Shown here: in pieces, positions 1 to 13,870 of the stretch
Position numbering within the stretch: position 1 is the first letter of the stretch
Layout: each line of letters begins with the position of its first letter
From: Octopus vulgaris
Taxonomy: Eukaryota
Direction: 5' to 3'
NCBI GenBank assembly: GCA_951406725.2
Contig: OX597817.1
Coordinates: forward strand, 142,600,001-142,664,000
DNA length: 64,000 bases
Notes under the pieces: model-generated
Seen by the model: the letters and a program-made list of their open reading frames with translations, nothing else
Databases searched by the model: none
What the model was told of the DNA's origin: nothing
Program-made: the position numbers and the translations under genes

Positions 1-416
1 AACATGGAAACTGTATAAAAGCCTGTCCAATGGATTTTACTTGTAATTCAAAAGGATGCAGCTTTGCCACAATGACTCAGTTTTAGGATTATGTTTAATG
101 GCACACGTTTCTGTGGAATACTCAGCAAGTTACACCTTAGTTTGGGAGGAGGTAATCCAGTTATTCCAATAGCTGAATACTGAACACTGAACGCAGAGAT
201 CCTTCTACACATACAAACATTTTGGCCGCGTAACGACGCACAGGCTTTTCTCCAGACGAACTGCTTCTTCTTTTTTTTTTACCCTGCTTCCGACAAAGAG
301 CCATCCTATTTTACATCTAAAGCAGTCACTGAGCTTCAGTCTGATATAGTTACTAAGTATGTCCACTTCACTAACATTGTTTCTTTCCCTGGATTTATTT
401 GTTGTTGGAATTGCCT

Positions 417-417
417 A

Positions 418-482
<65 letters not shown>

Positions 483-605
483 TTATCTATCTATCTATCA
501 ATCCAAATAGCTCCCTATATGTATGTATATATATATATAGAGAGAGAGATACATACACATATATATGCACACATGCATGCATAAATATGTATACATAAAT
601 GTGTT

Positions 606-664
<59 letters not shown>
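417..664. repeat. Compound microsatellite (CT)n-(CTAT)n ... (TA)n
   Basis: Directly visible; explains ORFs 359..598, 399..584 and 515..778. Confidence 0.95.
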
Positions 665-666
<2 letters not shown>

Positions 667-2605
667 GTGAGTGTAAGTGTGAATAATGAATGTGTCTATA
701 TGAGGGTAGTATTAAACTCTTTCGTGACAAGACCGTGAACCAAAACTGAAGCTCACGGAACAGGTCGGTTATAGACACAGTGAAAATACATTTTCAGCCA
801 TCAATATTAGACAGGATTCAGTTTCTATAAAATATGTAAAACAAAAATAATTGAAACATTGGTCAATATATTTAAAATATTCTTCAGCTCTCTGTATGCT
901 GTAGCATTTTTTTTTTAGGAAAATCAAATTTCAGCGGGAAAAATGGCCGCCAAGAGAAAAATGGAAAATACAAAATAGAAAGAATTTTTAATGTTTTATC
1001 AAATTGTATGAATTGAGAAAACGAAAAAAATGTGTGTGGTGTGTAATAAATCGTTTCATAAATAGGTTTCTAACTTATAGGAACACTAGATCGATAGAAA
1101 TCAGTTTTATCTGATGAAAATAAGAAAGAGAAACGTATAAAATATAATATCAAAAAAGCTAATCAAACAGCGAAATGGAAATAAATACTAGAGACATTAA
1201 GGACTTTTCCGTCTCTTCTTTTCTTTTCAATATCAATTATTCGCTGAAATCATGAATGTGAATAGAGGTCAGATAAAAGTCATTGATGTAAGTATATAAG
1301 AACCCTCTTATAGATAGATAGACGTGGAACAGCATTGAGAATTAAGTCGATAAAGACAGCGACAACGACGCTGAATAACGATTGAATGGGTAGTGATCCA
1401 TTGGATGGAGAAGGTAGATTCGAACAAATAGAATCGAGGTAGTTTATAATGGTTTATGGGAAAGCATCGGCAATCAATAAAGGTTACAACTACAAAATAT
1501 ATTAAGGGTGGCTGTGAAGATTATGGAAAACCACAAAAAAGAAACAGCGTAAAAGAGATTTTGTTATTGAACTTTCAAATGAGAAATAATTTATATTCAG
1601 CTTTACCATACTTAATTTACATTTCACTAATAGATTTTTGGCTGGCCATAATTACAATTACAATAGTGAATAATGTCGGCAAACAATTTTATTAGGTTTG
1701 TTGAGATACAATTTTATTCAATTCTATAGCGATAATGGTTTCTTTATATTCATATACATTTTATCCTGCATCATGTTTTTTTTTTCTTTTGGTGTTTTGT
1801 TGTATTACTTTTTTTTTGTTTTTCTCTACTCATTTAACCTAATTGAATTTAAAGAAGGCTTCCAGGAAGGCATTAATCCAAGTTATTGATATTATTGGTA
1901 GCAATCTAAAGCAACTGTATCACATGACCCAGTCTTCGTTAACTTAATATTTCTAATGGAGACTACTATTTAACCCTTCGCCTGTCCTGTCCATCACATG
2001 TGGTACTCTGGACGTATTTCCCTGGCATCCATGCATCGTATGTGATACAAATTACCATTTTGTTTCAACCACCAGAATAAATTTGAATTTACGGAAGGAA
2101 AGCTTTGTATTACAGGGAAAGTACTAAACAATGGCTAATTAAAAATGTGGGTAACAAATATTGACGTTTAGGATGAACTCATGAAAAGGATTTGGACAGG
2201 TAAAGATTTAAGAGGTTATCAAATAAAACTGCCGATGTTTTTCCTCTCTGTACCGTAATTAATTTGAAGTATGCTGCTCATGACATTTAACAATTCGGTA
2301 CTCATGCAATTATTTTGGTTTCAAGCAGAGTTCGTCCCTAAATATTTTTTTCTCAGTTTTCCTAATTCACTGTCACGTCCACTCATGGATATTTCCTTAA
2401 ACATCTATCCATGTTAGTGACCTCAAAACGAAGAAAGACAACTGACCATCGAAAACCAAACAGTATTCAATTAATGGACGTAGATAAAATATTTCCCCTC
2501 CTTCTTGACCACTTCTGACCTTCCTCCATCTTGGTGTGTGTGTGTGTGTATGTATGTGTGTATATGTGTGTGTGTGCTGGATCACTATTTATGTGTATAT
2601 ATATA

Positions 2606-2663
<58 letters not shown>

Positions 2664-3257
2664 AAGACAGAGAGTGAGAGAGAGAGAGTATGTGTGTGTG
2701 TGTGAAAGAGAGATTCACACGTTGTATATTGAAGCAAATAAAAATGGCGATGCTGAAATCTAAAATAGAATGGTTGCAATCGATAATGATTGGTACCTCA
2801 TTTAACTTTTAAATTATTTGAAGCTTAAATGAATAATATTGATTTCTTATTGATCTGGCACAAAGCCACAAAGAAGTCTCAAGAGAGATTTGAACTCGGA
2901 ATGTAGAGAGATTAAACTGGATGATAAGAATAAACACCACCTTCTGATATTGTTTCTCACACCTTAGTTATTCTATATTCATTTGATAATGAATTAACTG
3001 GAATAGTTATTAGTGAATTCCATGGAAGAAACTCTCAAGAGAGCTGAACGGCAGAAGGTCTTCAAAGAAGAAAACCTACTTAGGCAGATGTTTCAGCCTT
3101 TAACTTCTTACACTCTGAAGTGTCCGCGTCACATTCAGGTCGTGACTCTCGCGTGCCCTTCTGCTGACAAAATGTATCACATTGGAGACTTGTGTATTTG
3201 GAGATTTCATCCTGTCGGAACTCCTTTCCGTTGACCCAGCTTTCAAATTTATACTTA

Positions 3258-3765
3258 AACTAGAGCACTCGGAGAGCGCAAACCTCTGCCAAGGCAACAC
3301 TAACGTCCTCTCAACGATTAGCCAGAGATGATTTTTAAAATGAAAATATCTGAAATAAACTTAACTGATCTCACAAACGAAAATACTAGAAACGAACCCG
3401 ACCGCTCTCAAAAATTAATTAAAATAAACAGGAAAAAATCATCCAGAATCCTTGTTCGGTACCGGATCGATCCCAATGGTAGTCATGGAATAAGAAGGTG
3501 GCTGCAGAAAGTTTAGTAACAGTAATAAATAGTTTATCCTTATCTGATACAAACCAAAGTTAACAAATTCACCATTCAAAATAGCTACAGACTTGAAAGT
3601 TAACGTAAGATCGAAATTGTGTAGAGTAAATATAACAAATAATCCAGAATCATTGTCCGGTGCCAGATCGATCCCAAAATTTAATTAGTTTGTGCCAGTC
3701 ACGAGGCCAAACATCCCTGAAAGTTTCATCCGAATCTATCCAGCGGTTTTTGAGTTATTTTGTTC
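3258..3765 (+). mobile_element. Non-autonomous Helentron/HINE-like repeat; second partial copy at ~4722-4835
   Basis: Starts AACTAGAGCACTCGGAGAGCGCAAACCTCTGCCAAGG and contains AAGTTTCATCCGAATCTATCCAGCGGTTTTTGAGTTAT; both blocks resemble rolling-circle non-autonomous elements of aquatic animals (recalled, not searched). Confidence 0.5.
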
Positions 3766-3964
3766 GTGGTCAAACAAAGACGACTAACGCCATCACAATG
3801 TCACAGAGTTACTTCCCTTTTGCTTACAATACGATTTCGCTTTCAAACGAATTTCTGAATGTAATTACTCGAAATAATTGATTGGAGTGATATACTGGTA
3901 GTGAGATAAAGCTGTCGTTGTTGTTACTGTAGTTGTTGATGTTGGTCATGGAGCTCCTGATGTG

Positions 3965-4150
3965 GTTTAGCCAAGTTCACCCATGACGAGGAATACCTAT
4001 GAGCAAAGCTATTCCAATCATGACAACCCCTCCTATATTCTCAAACCTTACTTAGGACTATTTTATCCAATGCATCTTGTATTCAGAATGGTTATGTTTA
4101 ATTTGACGGGCATTTGGCTACCAAGAGGTTCAAGCACATATAGAGTTCCT
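3965..4150 (+). repeat. Degenerate interspersed repeat (family F); related copies ~4935-5115, 11660-11855(-), 15780-15985(-), 43935-44130, 53925-54015(-)
   Basis: Shared diverged blocks resembling gtttagcc, ctatga..aaag..attcca..catgac, and atttggct..ta in several places. Confidence 0.45.
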
Positions 4151-5909
4151 TAGGGGCCCAACTAAAGACGGTAACTGTTAAAGAATCTACGACTGCTTCT
4201 CCTATTTCTGGGTTGACATAATGCATTCTGGTAATATGGGGCATTTCGCTTGAGTATGTCCTTCCTTAATAAACTAGCCTTGGTCGTTTCTGAGCCCTAA
4301 GTAAGCATATGAGGTACCACAGAGCATGAGAGTCAAGTAGTAGTAGTAGTAGTAGTAGTAGTATTTGCAACAGCAGGTCGTGTTGGTGTTGTTTTTGTTT
4401 AATACCAGGTGATAGAGGGGACCCTTAATTTAGTTCATGTCTTTCCCTTTATTTTAGAAATATTGTTGCATCCTTACCCAGTTTTCCTTTCTTAAAAGGT
4501 CTTCAAAAAAGAAAGCCCACTTAGGCAGATGTTTCAGCCTTTAACTTCTTACACTCCAAATTGTCCGCGTCACATTCAGGTCATGGCTCTTGGTTGATCT
4601 TTTGCCGACAAACTTTAGCACCTTGGATATCGGAGAATTTTGTATTTAATTCACTTGGAGATTTCATCCTGTTGGAACTCCTTCCCGCTGACTCAGCTTT
4701 CGAACTTATATTTAAATGAGAAACAAGAGCACTTAGAGAGCGCAAACCTCCGCCAAGGCAACACCAATGTCTTCTCAACGATTAAGCGGAGAAGATTTTT
4801 AAAATGAAAATATCTGAAATAAACTGCTCTCACAAGTTGGTTGTTTTCAGGAAGAAACCGGTTGTTAAGGCAGTAAGATCGAGAGACAAATCAAAGTTCT
4901 TTCATTAGTTTATAATGCATAGTAAGATTTTATTGTTGCTTAATCCCAGCATTTCTCTTATCAAGTAATCCTAAAACCAAAAGCTTTTTAGTCAACACGT
5001 CTTCTGGGAGAATATATAGGACAGTATCATAAAATGCATCCTGTCATTGTACAAAATATGAAGGAGATGTCGGTTGCCATTTATCAGCTCAAGTTTCCAC
5101 GTAGCGATTCCTTCAAGTTGCTGTTAATGTTAGAAGTAAATGAGATAAAAATGTTTACAATATTCAGTTCTGTCTCTCGACGTCCAGAATTTCGAATCGA
5201 ACCAGGATAAACATTGTTATACAACTTTTTAGAATCGATGATATCTAATTAAAAGCCTCGACTGACTACGTTTCACTAAGTATCTGCACCTGGAATATTC
5301 CAGTCTTAAATAGTGTGAAGGCCCGAGAAAAGAAATTTATAGACAAAAGGGAATTCCTCATGCACCAAATCACACACCCCACCACTCCCCATGTCATCAC
5401 AACCAAATTATGCCCAAGGTTTACCAGCGATGCATTTTGCCCATTGCGATAAAAACTTTGGCAGTTCTTATCCTTTCAATATCACTTTGGTAGGGTCTAC
5501 ATTCAGGACGAAAGGAACCCGAACAAATCCCACAATGCATTGTAATGTCCGATGTTTTAACGATATGTCATACCACCGTAAAATAAATGCTACAATATTT
5601 TGTGGGTTGGTTCGTTTAGTCTCTTCCATATCTAAATTTGTTTGATTGAGTAATGAGAAATTTGAATTTGTTTTTCGTGTAGAACGCGAAAGGATAAATG
5701 TAAAGTGGCGTTAGACCGAGGAAACAGAAATAAACAAAAGTGATTCTAGTATTCTCAACATCGTCAATTTCATATGGTGTTATGATGTTGAATGCATTAA
5801 ATTTGAAATACTTGTTTGTTCATTGCGATATGTAGTATTAGATACATGTTGAAAGTAGCAAAATACAATGTCGGCTTGAGTTAAGTACTTATTTTCTAAT
5901 GTAAAACAT

Positions 5910-5944
<35 letters not shown>

Positions 5945-5948
<4 letters not shown>

Positions 5949-6132
5949 TAGTTATCGCCAAGCTAACATGGCACAAATGCTGTCGTTGATTAGCTCCGAG
6001 AGGCCATCACCTCTAGCTAGCTATGTGACACACAAACCTGTGTCCATTATAACCTTCGAACAGGGGGCAGGTCAGCAGATTTCCATTGCTGGTCTGTCAT
6101 CGACAGACTAGTTTCGAGGTAGTTGCCTCTTA
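5945..6132 (-). mobile_element. Penelope-type terminal-repeat fragment carrying the 3' half of a hammerhead, between (TA)n tracts
   Basis: Minus strand reads GAGG-caacta-CCTC GAAAC-ta-GTC (6106-6129); the CUGANGA box is missing. Confidence 0.45.
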
Positions 6133-6204
6133 TGAATGTAGGTATATACATATATGTATGTATATATGCATATATTTATATATTATTTATACCATATATA
6201 TATA

Positions 6205-7079
6205 TTACATTGGTAAGAAAGTTCTTGGACAACCGAGCTGCCTTCAATCCCGCAACCAATCAGCGTCGCTGACCAGTCAGGAGCAACCAGCTATATAAAG
6301 ACCACCTGCATCGTCTAGGCAAGGTCGCAAGCTTGAAAAATGGGTGCCACATGAATTGACTGACTCGAACAAACAAGCACGTCTCACTGCATGTCAAAGT
6401 CTGCTCTGGCGAAGCCGAAGGTTCGATTGGTTGGAGACAGTAATCACTATGGATGAAAAGGGGGTACTATACTCCAACGTGAGGTGCAGACGATCCTGGT
6501 GTAGCAAGGGTCAATAGCCAAAATCTTCGCCAGAAGGACCGCTTGTGCAAAAAGAGGTTTATGATCTCAGTTTGGTGGGATTGCCGTAGCGTGATCATTT
6601 TAGGTCTTCTCCCACGCAATACTACCATTGACGAGGATGTCTACTACGAACAAATGGACCGTCAAAAGATCGCGCTGGCCGAAAAACGCTCAAATTTGAA
6701 GATAATTTACCACCAAGACAAAACACCAGCAAAGAAGACGTCAGAGAAGCTGAAGGAGGCGGGCTGGGAGATGATGGCACCCCCCACCGTATTCTCCTGA
6801 CCTTTCCCCCTCCTGACTACCAATTATTTTCTGCCTTGCAACGCGCGATTGGCGATACAGAGTTCGAAAACGAAGATGTGAAATCGTTCCTTTATAACTT
6901 TATTGATTCAAACCCCCTCGATTTCTGGATGAAAGGATTCAAAACTTTGCCTGAAAGATAACAAAAGGTGATCGATAACGAGGGGGAATACCTTTTGGAT
7001 TCATTGTTCTTTGTTGTTATTTTTAATTGCTAATAAAGCGATATGTTAAATGTGTCCAAGAACTTTCTTACCAAACTGA
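6205..7079 (+). mobile_element. Tc1/mariner (mariner) DNA transposon, internally deleted, 875 bp
   Basis: TIRs ttacattggtaagaaagttcttggaca (6205-6231) and tgtccaagaactttcttaccaaactga (7053-7079); TA at 6203-6204 and 7080-7081; transposase motifs inside. Confidence 0.92.
6304..7000 (+). pseudogene. Mariner transposase remnant (linker and DD34D catalytic domain) with frameshifts and stops; N-terminal HTH deleted
   Basis: Translations HLHRLGK, KWVPHEL, VITMDEKGV, MISVWWD, YHQDK, PPYSPDLSP-SDY are hallmark mariner motifs. Confidence 0.9.
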
Positions 7080-7123
7080 TATATATTTACACACACATAG
7101 AAAGAGAGAGAGAGCGAGAGAGA

Positions 7124-7160
<37 letters not shown>

Positions 7161-7964
7161 TGTGTTCATTCTACTATACCATTAAGTACAAGTAATTTTC
7201 TGCTAAATTGTATTGATATTGAAGAGCCTCAAGAGATTACCTCTTTCTCTCAAGATATGTTTAATTTGCAAAACTTACGATGATAACGTTGAACACCAAA
7301 GATTATTTCTCATTTTCTCGGACAACAAAATTAATCGGTCTGGAAACGATTTCCACTTGAAGCCATTTCAATTGCCTTTCTTAGTTCTTTCAAGATATGA
7401 ATATTAAGATAAAGTATTCCTGAAATAAACCCATGTGGCTACTGTAGTAGTAATTTTCCATCGATTTTAAATATTTTTTTAACATTTAAAATATAATAAT
7501 GAACTTAAATTATTGGCGACCTTGAATATTTAAAGAATGTCTACGTAAACTGCGCTAGAGGCGTTTTGTTGCGAATGTCAAGTTTTGTAGATGAGTGGAA
7601 CCCAAGCTATTAAGCTATAAAAATTGTTGGATATTCGCTCCGCGCACTAGAATAATACGTCCACAAATGAATTATACTAATACTGGGGGATAATGAGGAC
7701 ACAATTAGAGTCCACACACACACACTTCATAATGGAGTAATGTCCTCAAAATTGATTAACGCCACCGCGATGGAATCATGTTTACACATGAGAAGCTTTA
7801 GCAACTACAAACAAACTCGCTCATTTACAAATCGGCCAACAAATTAGTTTGAAGACGTTCAACGAAGTCGTTCGCTCACGTATTTTGCGTCATCAATCAA
7901 CATCTTTCTACTCCATCTACGGTGGTGTCTGCTCTTAATCTGCTCTTAGGAGCGGACTAGATTT

Positions 7965-8165
7965 ATATTAGCTGAGATTTGTAGAAAAACAAAAGACGAA
8001 GACTGATGTATGAACAACAAACAAGTGTATTAGTTTGATGCTCGGGAAAATGAAAAAGTCTTTTACGTTTCGAGCCTACGCTCTTCAACAGAAATGAATA
8101 AGAGAAAATAAACAGAGAGAGAATGAAAAAAAAAAACTTGTAGATTTAGCAGTCAAGCATGGCGA
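7965..8165 (-). mobile_element. Family D short repeat (Penelope-type terminal repeat with hammerhead-like fold at ~8060-8095)
   Basis: Plus strand TTTTACGTTTCGAGCCTACGCTCTTCAACAGAAA; six related copies in the window. Confidence 0.7.
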
Positions 8166-9132
8166 TCGACTCACACCCTGTTAAGTATTCATTTCATATC
8201 GCTACTCATTTTCTCTCTAACCCTCTCAAGGCCCGTATTAATAACTACAGTTTCAGCTGTTCAGCATCTTTCCTCTTTGGAAGGCCAAGTATCGGAAATT
8301 CGCTCCTGGTTCATGAAGAGAGCAGGTCATGTTCTAGAGAAGTTATATAAATCATACAGAAGTAGACTGATGAATGAGATGAGAAATAAAGAAAGCTTCT
8401 AACAATGGGCAAATGCCTATCCTCAGAAAAATACGTCAGAGAAATGTGTGTTTACATCGACCCTGCCAATGATTCAAGCAAACTTCATAAATTCCACAGT
8501 TCATCTTTCTCATGACAACGTTAAGATGTACGTGATCAATCCCTATTGCTCGTCCGATGGATAAGCCATAAAGTATTTAGTGTTCTAGCTATAAACAATA
8601 TATCTGATGAATACTAATATAACGCACATACTTCGTCGAAAAATCCCAAGCGGTAAATATTAGACTATATCAAACACTCTGTCAGAAATAATTCTTTCGA
8701 CAACGTAGATCCGTTTAAAATGATTCATAATTGTTAGGAGACCTACAGAATTGTTTCAACAAGCAAGTGGTACTATCACGTCTATCGTGACCTAAAGACA
8801 TAAAAAAAATTTTAATCGGCACAAAAAAGTAATGAGACAAAATTCCTTAATTACACAGCGATTGTTAAGGAAATGAGTCACCGATTCTATTTATTTATTC
8901 AAATAATTTATTTTGTCATTAGACAAGGAGGCGAAGTAGTCAAATGAATCGATCTCAAAAAAAAATTATACTGCTAGGATTTAGTGGAGTAATGAAAGAT
9001 TAAATCGATTCCATTAATTTCTGTCATCTACGATATGCTAACGCATAAAAGCAATCGCTAATTAAATACTGTATAGAGGGATATTAAAACTACAACAGTC
9101 TAACACATGAATTTGGAATTGGCTTCCTACAA

Positions 9133-9220
9133 TTACACACACACAAACACACACACACGCACGCACACACACACACACATATATATATACATCTCTCTCA
9201 CTCGCTCTTAGTATATATAC

Positions 9221-9259
<39 letters not shown>

Positions 9260-9480
9260 ACATATATAATATATATGTATAATATATATATGTATATAAT
9301 ATATATATACTATATACATATAATGTATATATAATATATATATATGTATAGAGTGTTAGGCGTGATCTACATATATATATATAATACATATAATACATAT
9401 AATATATATATATATATATAATATATGAAAAGTATACATATAATATATGTATAGCATATATATATAATATATATATAATG

Positions 9481-9534
<54 letters not shown>

Positions 9535-9851
9535 GTATACATGCATAGAGTGTTAGGCGGGATGTACATATATATATATATAATACATATATAATATATA
9601 TATATAAATATCTAATATACATTTCTATGTATGTGTGTGCGTGTGTGTGTGTGTGCGTGTGTGTGTGAGTGTGTGTATGTGTTTGTATGTGTGTGTGCGT
9701 ATGTGTCAGCACAGCATGCAGTAATACTATTTGTTCTCTACGCACAGTCCACGATTGTGGTAAATTGCGTAAATTCAGTCGTAGCAGTCGTAACTGTACA
9801 AAAGAGAACTAATACATGCATATATATATATATATATTGTTTATAGTAGTC

Positions 9852-9891
<40 letters not shown>

Positions 9892-9904
9892 TAGTAGTAG
9901 TAGC

Positions 9905-9945
<41 letters not shown>

Positions 9946-9957
9946 CAGCAGCAGCAA
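9133..9957. repeat. Compound microsatellite field (CA)n/(TA)n/(TG)n/(CAG)n/(TAG)n
   Basis: Directly visible; the motif atagagtgttaggcg recurs at ~9348 and ~9546. Confidence 0.9.
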
Positions 9958-10305
9958 CGTTACCTGGTCATTGTCATTCTATGGTTAGAAAATAATTTTA
10001 TCGAATTGCAATTTTGCTATAATACCGGTGTAGTTTGTTCAGGGATTTAAGATGCTTCCATAGGAAAACAAATGAACCTTTAAACAATATACATCATTTA
10101 TAAATAATGAAACAGCGATAATATATTACATCGAACGAAATATTTAAAAATAAGTGACTCTACGAAACAAACACGTGATTATCGATACATGGAGTTCAAA
10201 ATAATGTTCGCATTGCGATTAACATTCAACACCATTTGATTTAACGCAATACTAAAATTAATATAAAATTCTAACCACTTTAATCTGAAAGGATATTACA
10301 GTGAA

Positions 10306-10389
10306 AACCCTGAGGAAATTACACCGGTGTTATAGAAGAATTGTAATCGCAACATTTACATACCGATGTAGTAGAAACATATGTAGGTT
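10306..10389 (+). ncRNA. Minimal type-I hammerhead ribozyme-like motif (Penelope type)
   Basis: aacc-CTGAGGA-a-[attacaccggtgt ... ataccgatgtagt]-a-GAAA-C-atat-GTA-ggtt: 4-bp stem I, ~13-bp stem II, palindromic-loop stem III. Confidence 0.6.
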
Positions 10390-10868
10390 AATATTAAGCT
10401 CTATTCAAATTAAAATTCATGAAATGCTACTTCCTCATACTCTTTATTATTATTTTTAATAAAGACTCCAGGAAACCTATGTGGTTAAAGGTTATCTATT
10501 TGGAAAATAAAACAATGTAATATATATCTGAATTCTTAACTGAGAATTATAACATAATTCATATACTAAGCGTTGAAATTAACAAACTTTTGAAAACTTA
10601 ATTGCGAGTAAAACGGTAAACGTTTGGAGAAATCCTTTATGACTTAACTAAATCATAACGATGTTTTGAGAAATTTGAAAAGTTAAACACGAAACCGGTA
10701 ATTTCTTCAAAAACTATGTCAATGTATGAAAAAAATTTATGACATTCTTTTGACATAATGACTCAAATATATATTTTTTAACCTTTTAAAACAAGCCTTC
10801 TTTAGTTTTTTCACTTTTTACTATTTTCTATATATTCAACCACGTGCTTTCACACACCAACTTTCTCA

Positions 10869-10940
<72 letters not shown>

Positions 10941-11049
10941 TAGCGTTTTTCCGATGGCCATATAATTGAAGAGATGGCGGCGTGGATTTCCACCTCGGCA
11001 TCCAAAACTCGAAGTTTGATCATGGCTACCGAATAATTGTCACATATTA
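10941..11049 (+). mobile_element. Family E short repeat (degenerate hammerhead-bearing copy) within a (TA)n field
   Basis: Homologous to 43392-43549 (tagcgttttt..gatggcca ... gaataattgtcacatatta). Confidence 0.65.
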
Positions 11050-11055
11050 CATATT

Positions 11056-11088
11056 ACAACACCTGCCTTCGCCTTTTTTATGAATTCT

Positions 11089-11137
<49 letters not shown>

Positions 11138-11300
11138 AATTCACAAAAAAGGCAAAGACAGGTGGTGTAAACAACAAACAGATGTATTAGTAGAACGCTC
11201 GCAAAGTGAAAAAGTCTTTAACGTTTCCAGCCTACGCTCTTCCACAGAAAGGAACACAGAAGGAAACAAGGAGCGAAAATAAAGAATGTTTACTGGCTAG

Positions 11301-11346
<46 letters not shown>

Positions 11347-11525
11347 CCAAAAAATGGAATAAGAACGCAACAGACGAGAATAAAACATCCGGACAGATAG
11401 ACGATAAAAATACGGACATGAATAAACAAGGACGGACCATACGCAGCAATCTCTCATATCTTTTACGTTTCGAACCTACGCTCTTGGACAGAAAGGAACA
11501 CAGAAATAAACAGGGAGAGAAAATA
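11056..11525. mobile_element. Family D copies: + tail fragment 11056-11092, - copy 11133-11302, - fragment 11460-11525
   Basis: acgtttc.agcctacgctctt..acagaaagg motif; tail-to-tail arrangement around (TA)n. Confidence 0.7.
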
Positions 11526-13415
11526 TATTGTACCAAATGAAGAACCATCGCGTATTATATTTTCCTCTCCAACCAATGACAGTCCAAATGTCGACGTGAA
11601 ATTACTCAAGCTGTCCATATCTGCGCGTGTATGCGAACCTACGGTAAGGTGAGGTCTACACAATTAGCTGATTTGATCTAAACAGCAGCTGAAATCCTTT
11701 CAAGTCTTCGCTTACTGCGTCTTAAAAAAAATGAACTATTAAATTATTTAGGCCTAGATAGAATATTCTTGGAAACAACACAGTGAGAACGCAATTGGAA
11801 AGCCTTTGGTCACGAGTTTGCTAAGCCAGAGCTGGTTTGGGTCTAAATAGCAACAACATACATGTTTAGTTGCGTATACAGTCACAGATACATATCGACA
11901 TCTGCATACATATATGTGTGTGTGTGTGTGTGTGTCAGTCTGTCTGTCTGTCTGTCTGTCTGTGTGTATGTGTGTGTATCACGTCAGGCTGGAGATGGGA
12001 ACAATTACTTCCCTTTGCAATTACTGATAGGGCACAGACAGTGTGTCAATAGACAGCTGAAGATGTCTTCCTGGGTCTACAAGCTACAGTAGCATCAACC
12101 CTTAAGGGTTAGCCACATTTAGGTGGAAAATATACTTCAGGATGTCGTGCAGCTACTGTTTACGCTTCACTTAGAGATTTATTATTGTTTATTCATAAAT
12201 GGTTCTAAAATATGTGTTCCGAAAAATAAATAAATAAATTTGATTAATGCCGCCAATTACGAATGCGTTCTTCTTTGATTTGTTATAAATAAGTTATAAG
12301 CCTAATTAATTCTCTATATTTTATGGGAAATACATTAGATCTGAATATATAGTTTGCAAAATACTGCTTATTTCTTCTGCACAAAGATAGAACATTGAAA
12401 CAAAAAAAAACATATAACAAAAGAAAAGACATCTTAGAGTGCAATAATAACTCTGCATAAGATCCTATAATTGGTTCTATAAAACTAGTGCAAATGGTAA
12501 TCAGCTTGTAGCCGTGCCAAAACCATATAAAACAATCAATAGTATTTATTTTTGCTCCGTCGTTCAAATGTATATTCGAAATATTCTTCTACAGTGAACC
12601 ACAGACTATCAATATGTACAATGAATAGAATAAACCTCACTTTAGTGATTTCATGAATCTAAAACTTACTAAATATATCTTCAGACAAAATATCGTTTTA
12701 TATTATAATACGCTAAACATCCACATAAAACCGTATATCAATGCGTTTATTTGAGTAGATAGGTCACGGTAAATTGTCTCTTTTTTTCGCTCGGTTATTT
12801 TATATTATTACACGGGAGGATTTTTTTTTTTGTTCATGTTGCCGATGTATTTTTATGACTGTTATCGTTGATTGGGTCAAATACAATACTTTCTGTTCTT
12901 GGTTTTGTTATGCTTGACTTTGGTTAGTTTGCTTTTTTCTTTTGCTTTTTGCTATTTTGTGTTTTGTTTTCTTTTTGGCATCTTGGCAAGCTTTACATCG
13001 AGTTTTCAACAATAATGAATGTTTATAAAAGTCCTGCCAATAAATCTGTTGCTGGAAGGGGGTATTTCTTTTGTTGCAGACTCATGGGATATGACCTCTG
13101 TTCTTATATGCAAGTATTTTAAGAGACGGAACCATAAAGTAATATAAACAGGAGAAAAAAAAAACAAGAAAACACGAAAAAAAAAAGCAAGACAACAATA
13201 CCTAGGAGACATATAATGCAACTGCAAATAGTAATCGTAATTCTTTACATTATGTGGTTGATACAAACACAGATATCGTAAATATTAAACAAATGAAATA
13301 ATTCATAAATAACAAATATAGAAACGTTAATTTTATATAAAACGACACAGGAAATTGAGATATTAGCATCTCTTTCTGTCACTGTCCCTGTCTGTCTGCC
13401 TCTCTCTCCCTCGCT

Positions 13416-13453
<38 letters not shown>

Positions 13454-13870
13454 ATATGAAGAATAAAAAATATTGTGACACAACAACAACAACAACAACA
13501 TCCAGCTCATTATTAATATGGTCGTTCAGAACACACAATAAAAACGCCATTAGTAAGAAGAAACAGAGACTAATAAGAAGAAAAAAAGTCTTCTGTTGTG
13601 TCTGGTTCTTTATAGAATCAACAGTTTCTCTTTATTTGTTTGTTTGCGTTTTTCTCCAATCAAACCGAATAGTCTGCACCATCGGTTTCCACATAAATAC
13701 CTGCTATGAATAAATAGCATAGTCCTATATATGATATCCCTGAAAATTCAGTTGTGATGGTCACTACTGGAACAACATGACCACCACACCTAGATTTCTT
13801 GGATAATTTCTAAGTTAATTCTAGGTTAATTTCTACGAGCGACTCTTCATTAAATACATTTATAGTAAAA

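Noticed and set aside
940-952. YY1-like AAAATGGCCGCC as a promoter
   Set aside because: A single motif with no CpG island or downstream exon.
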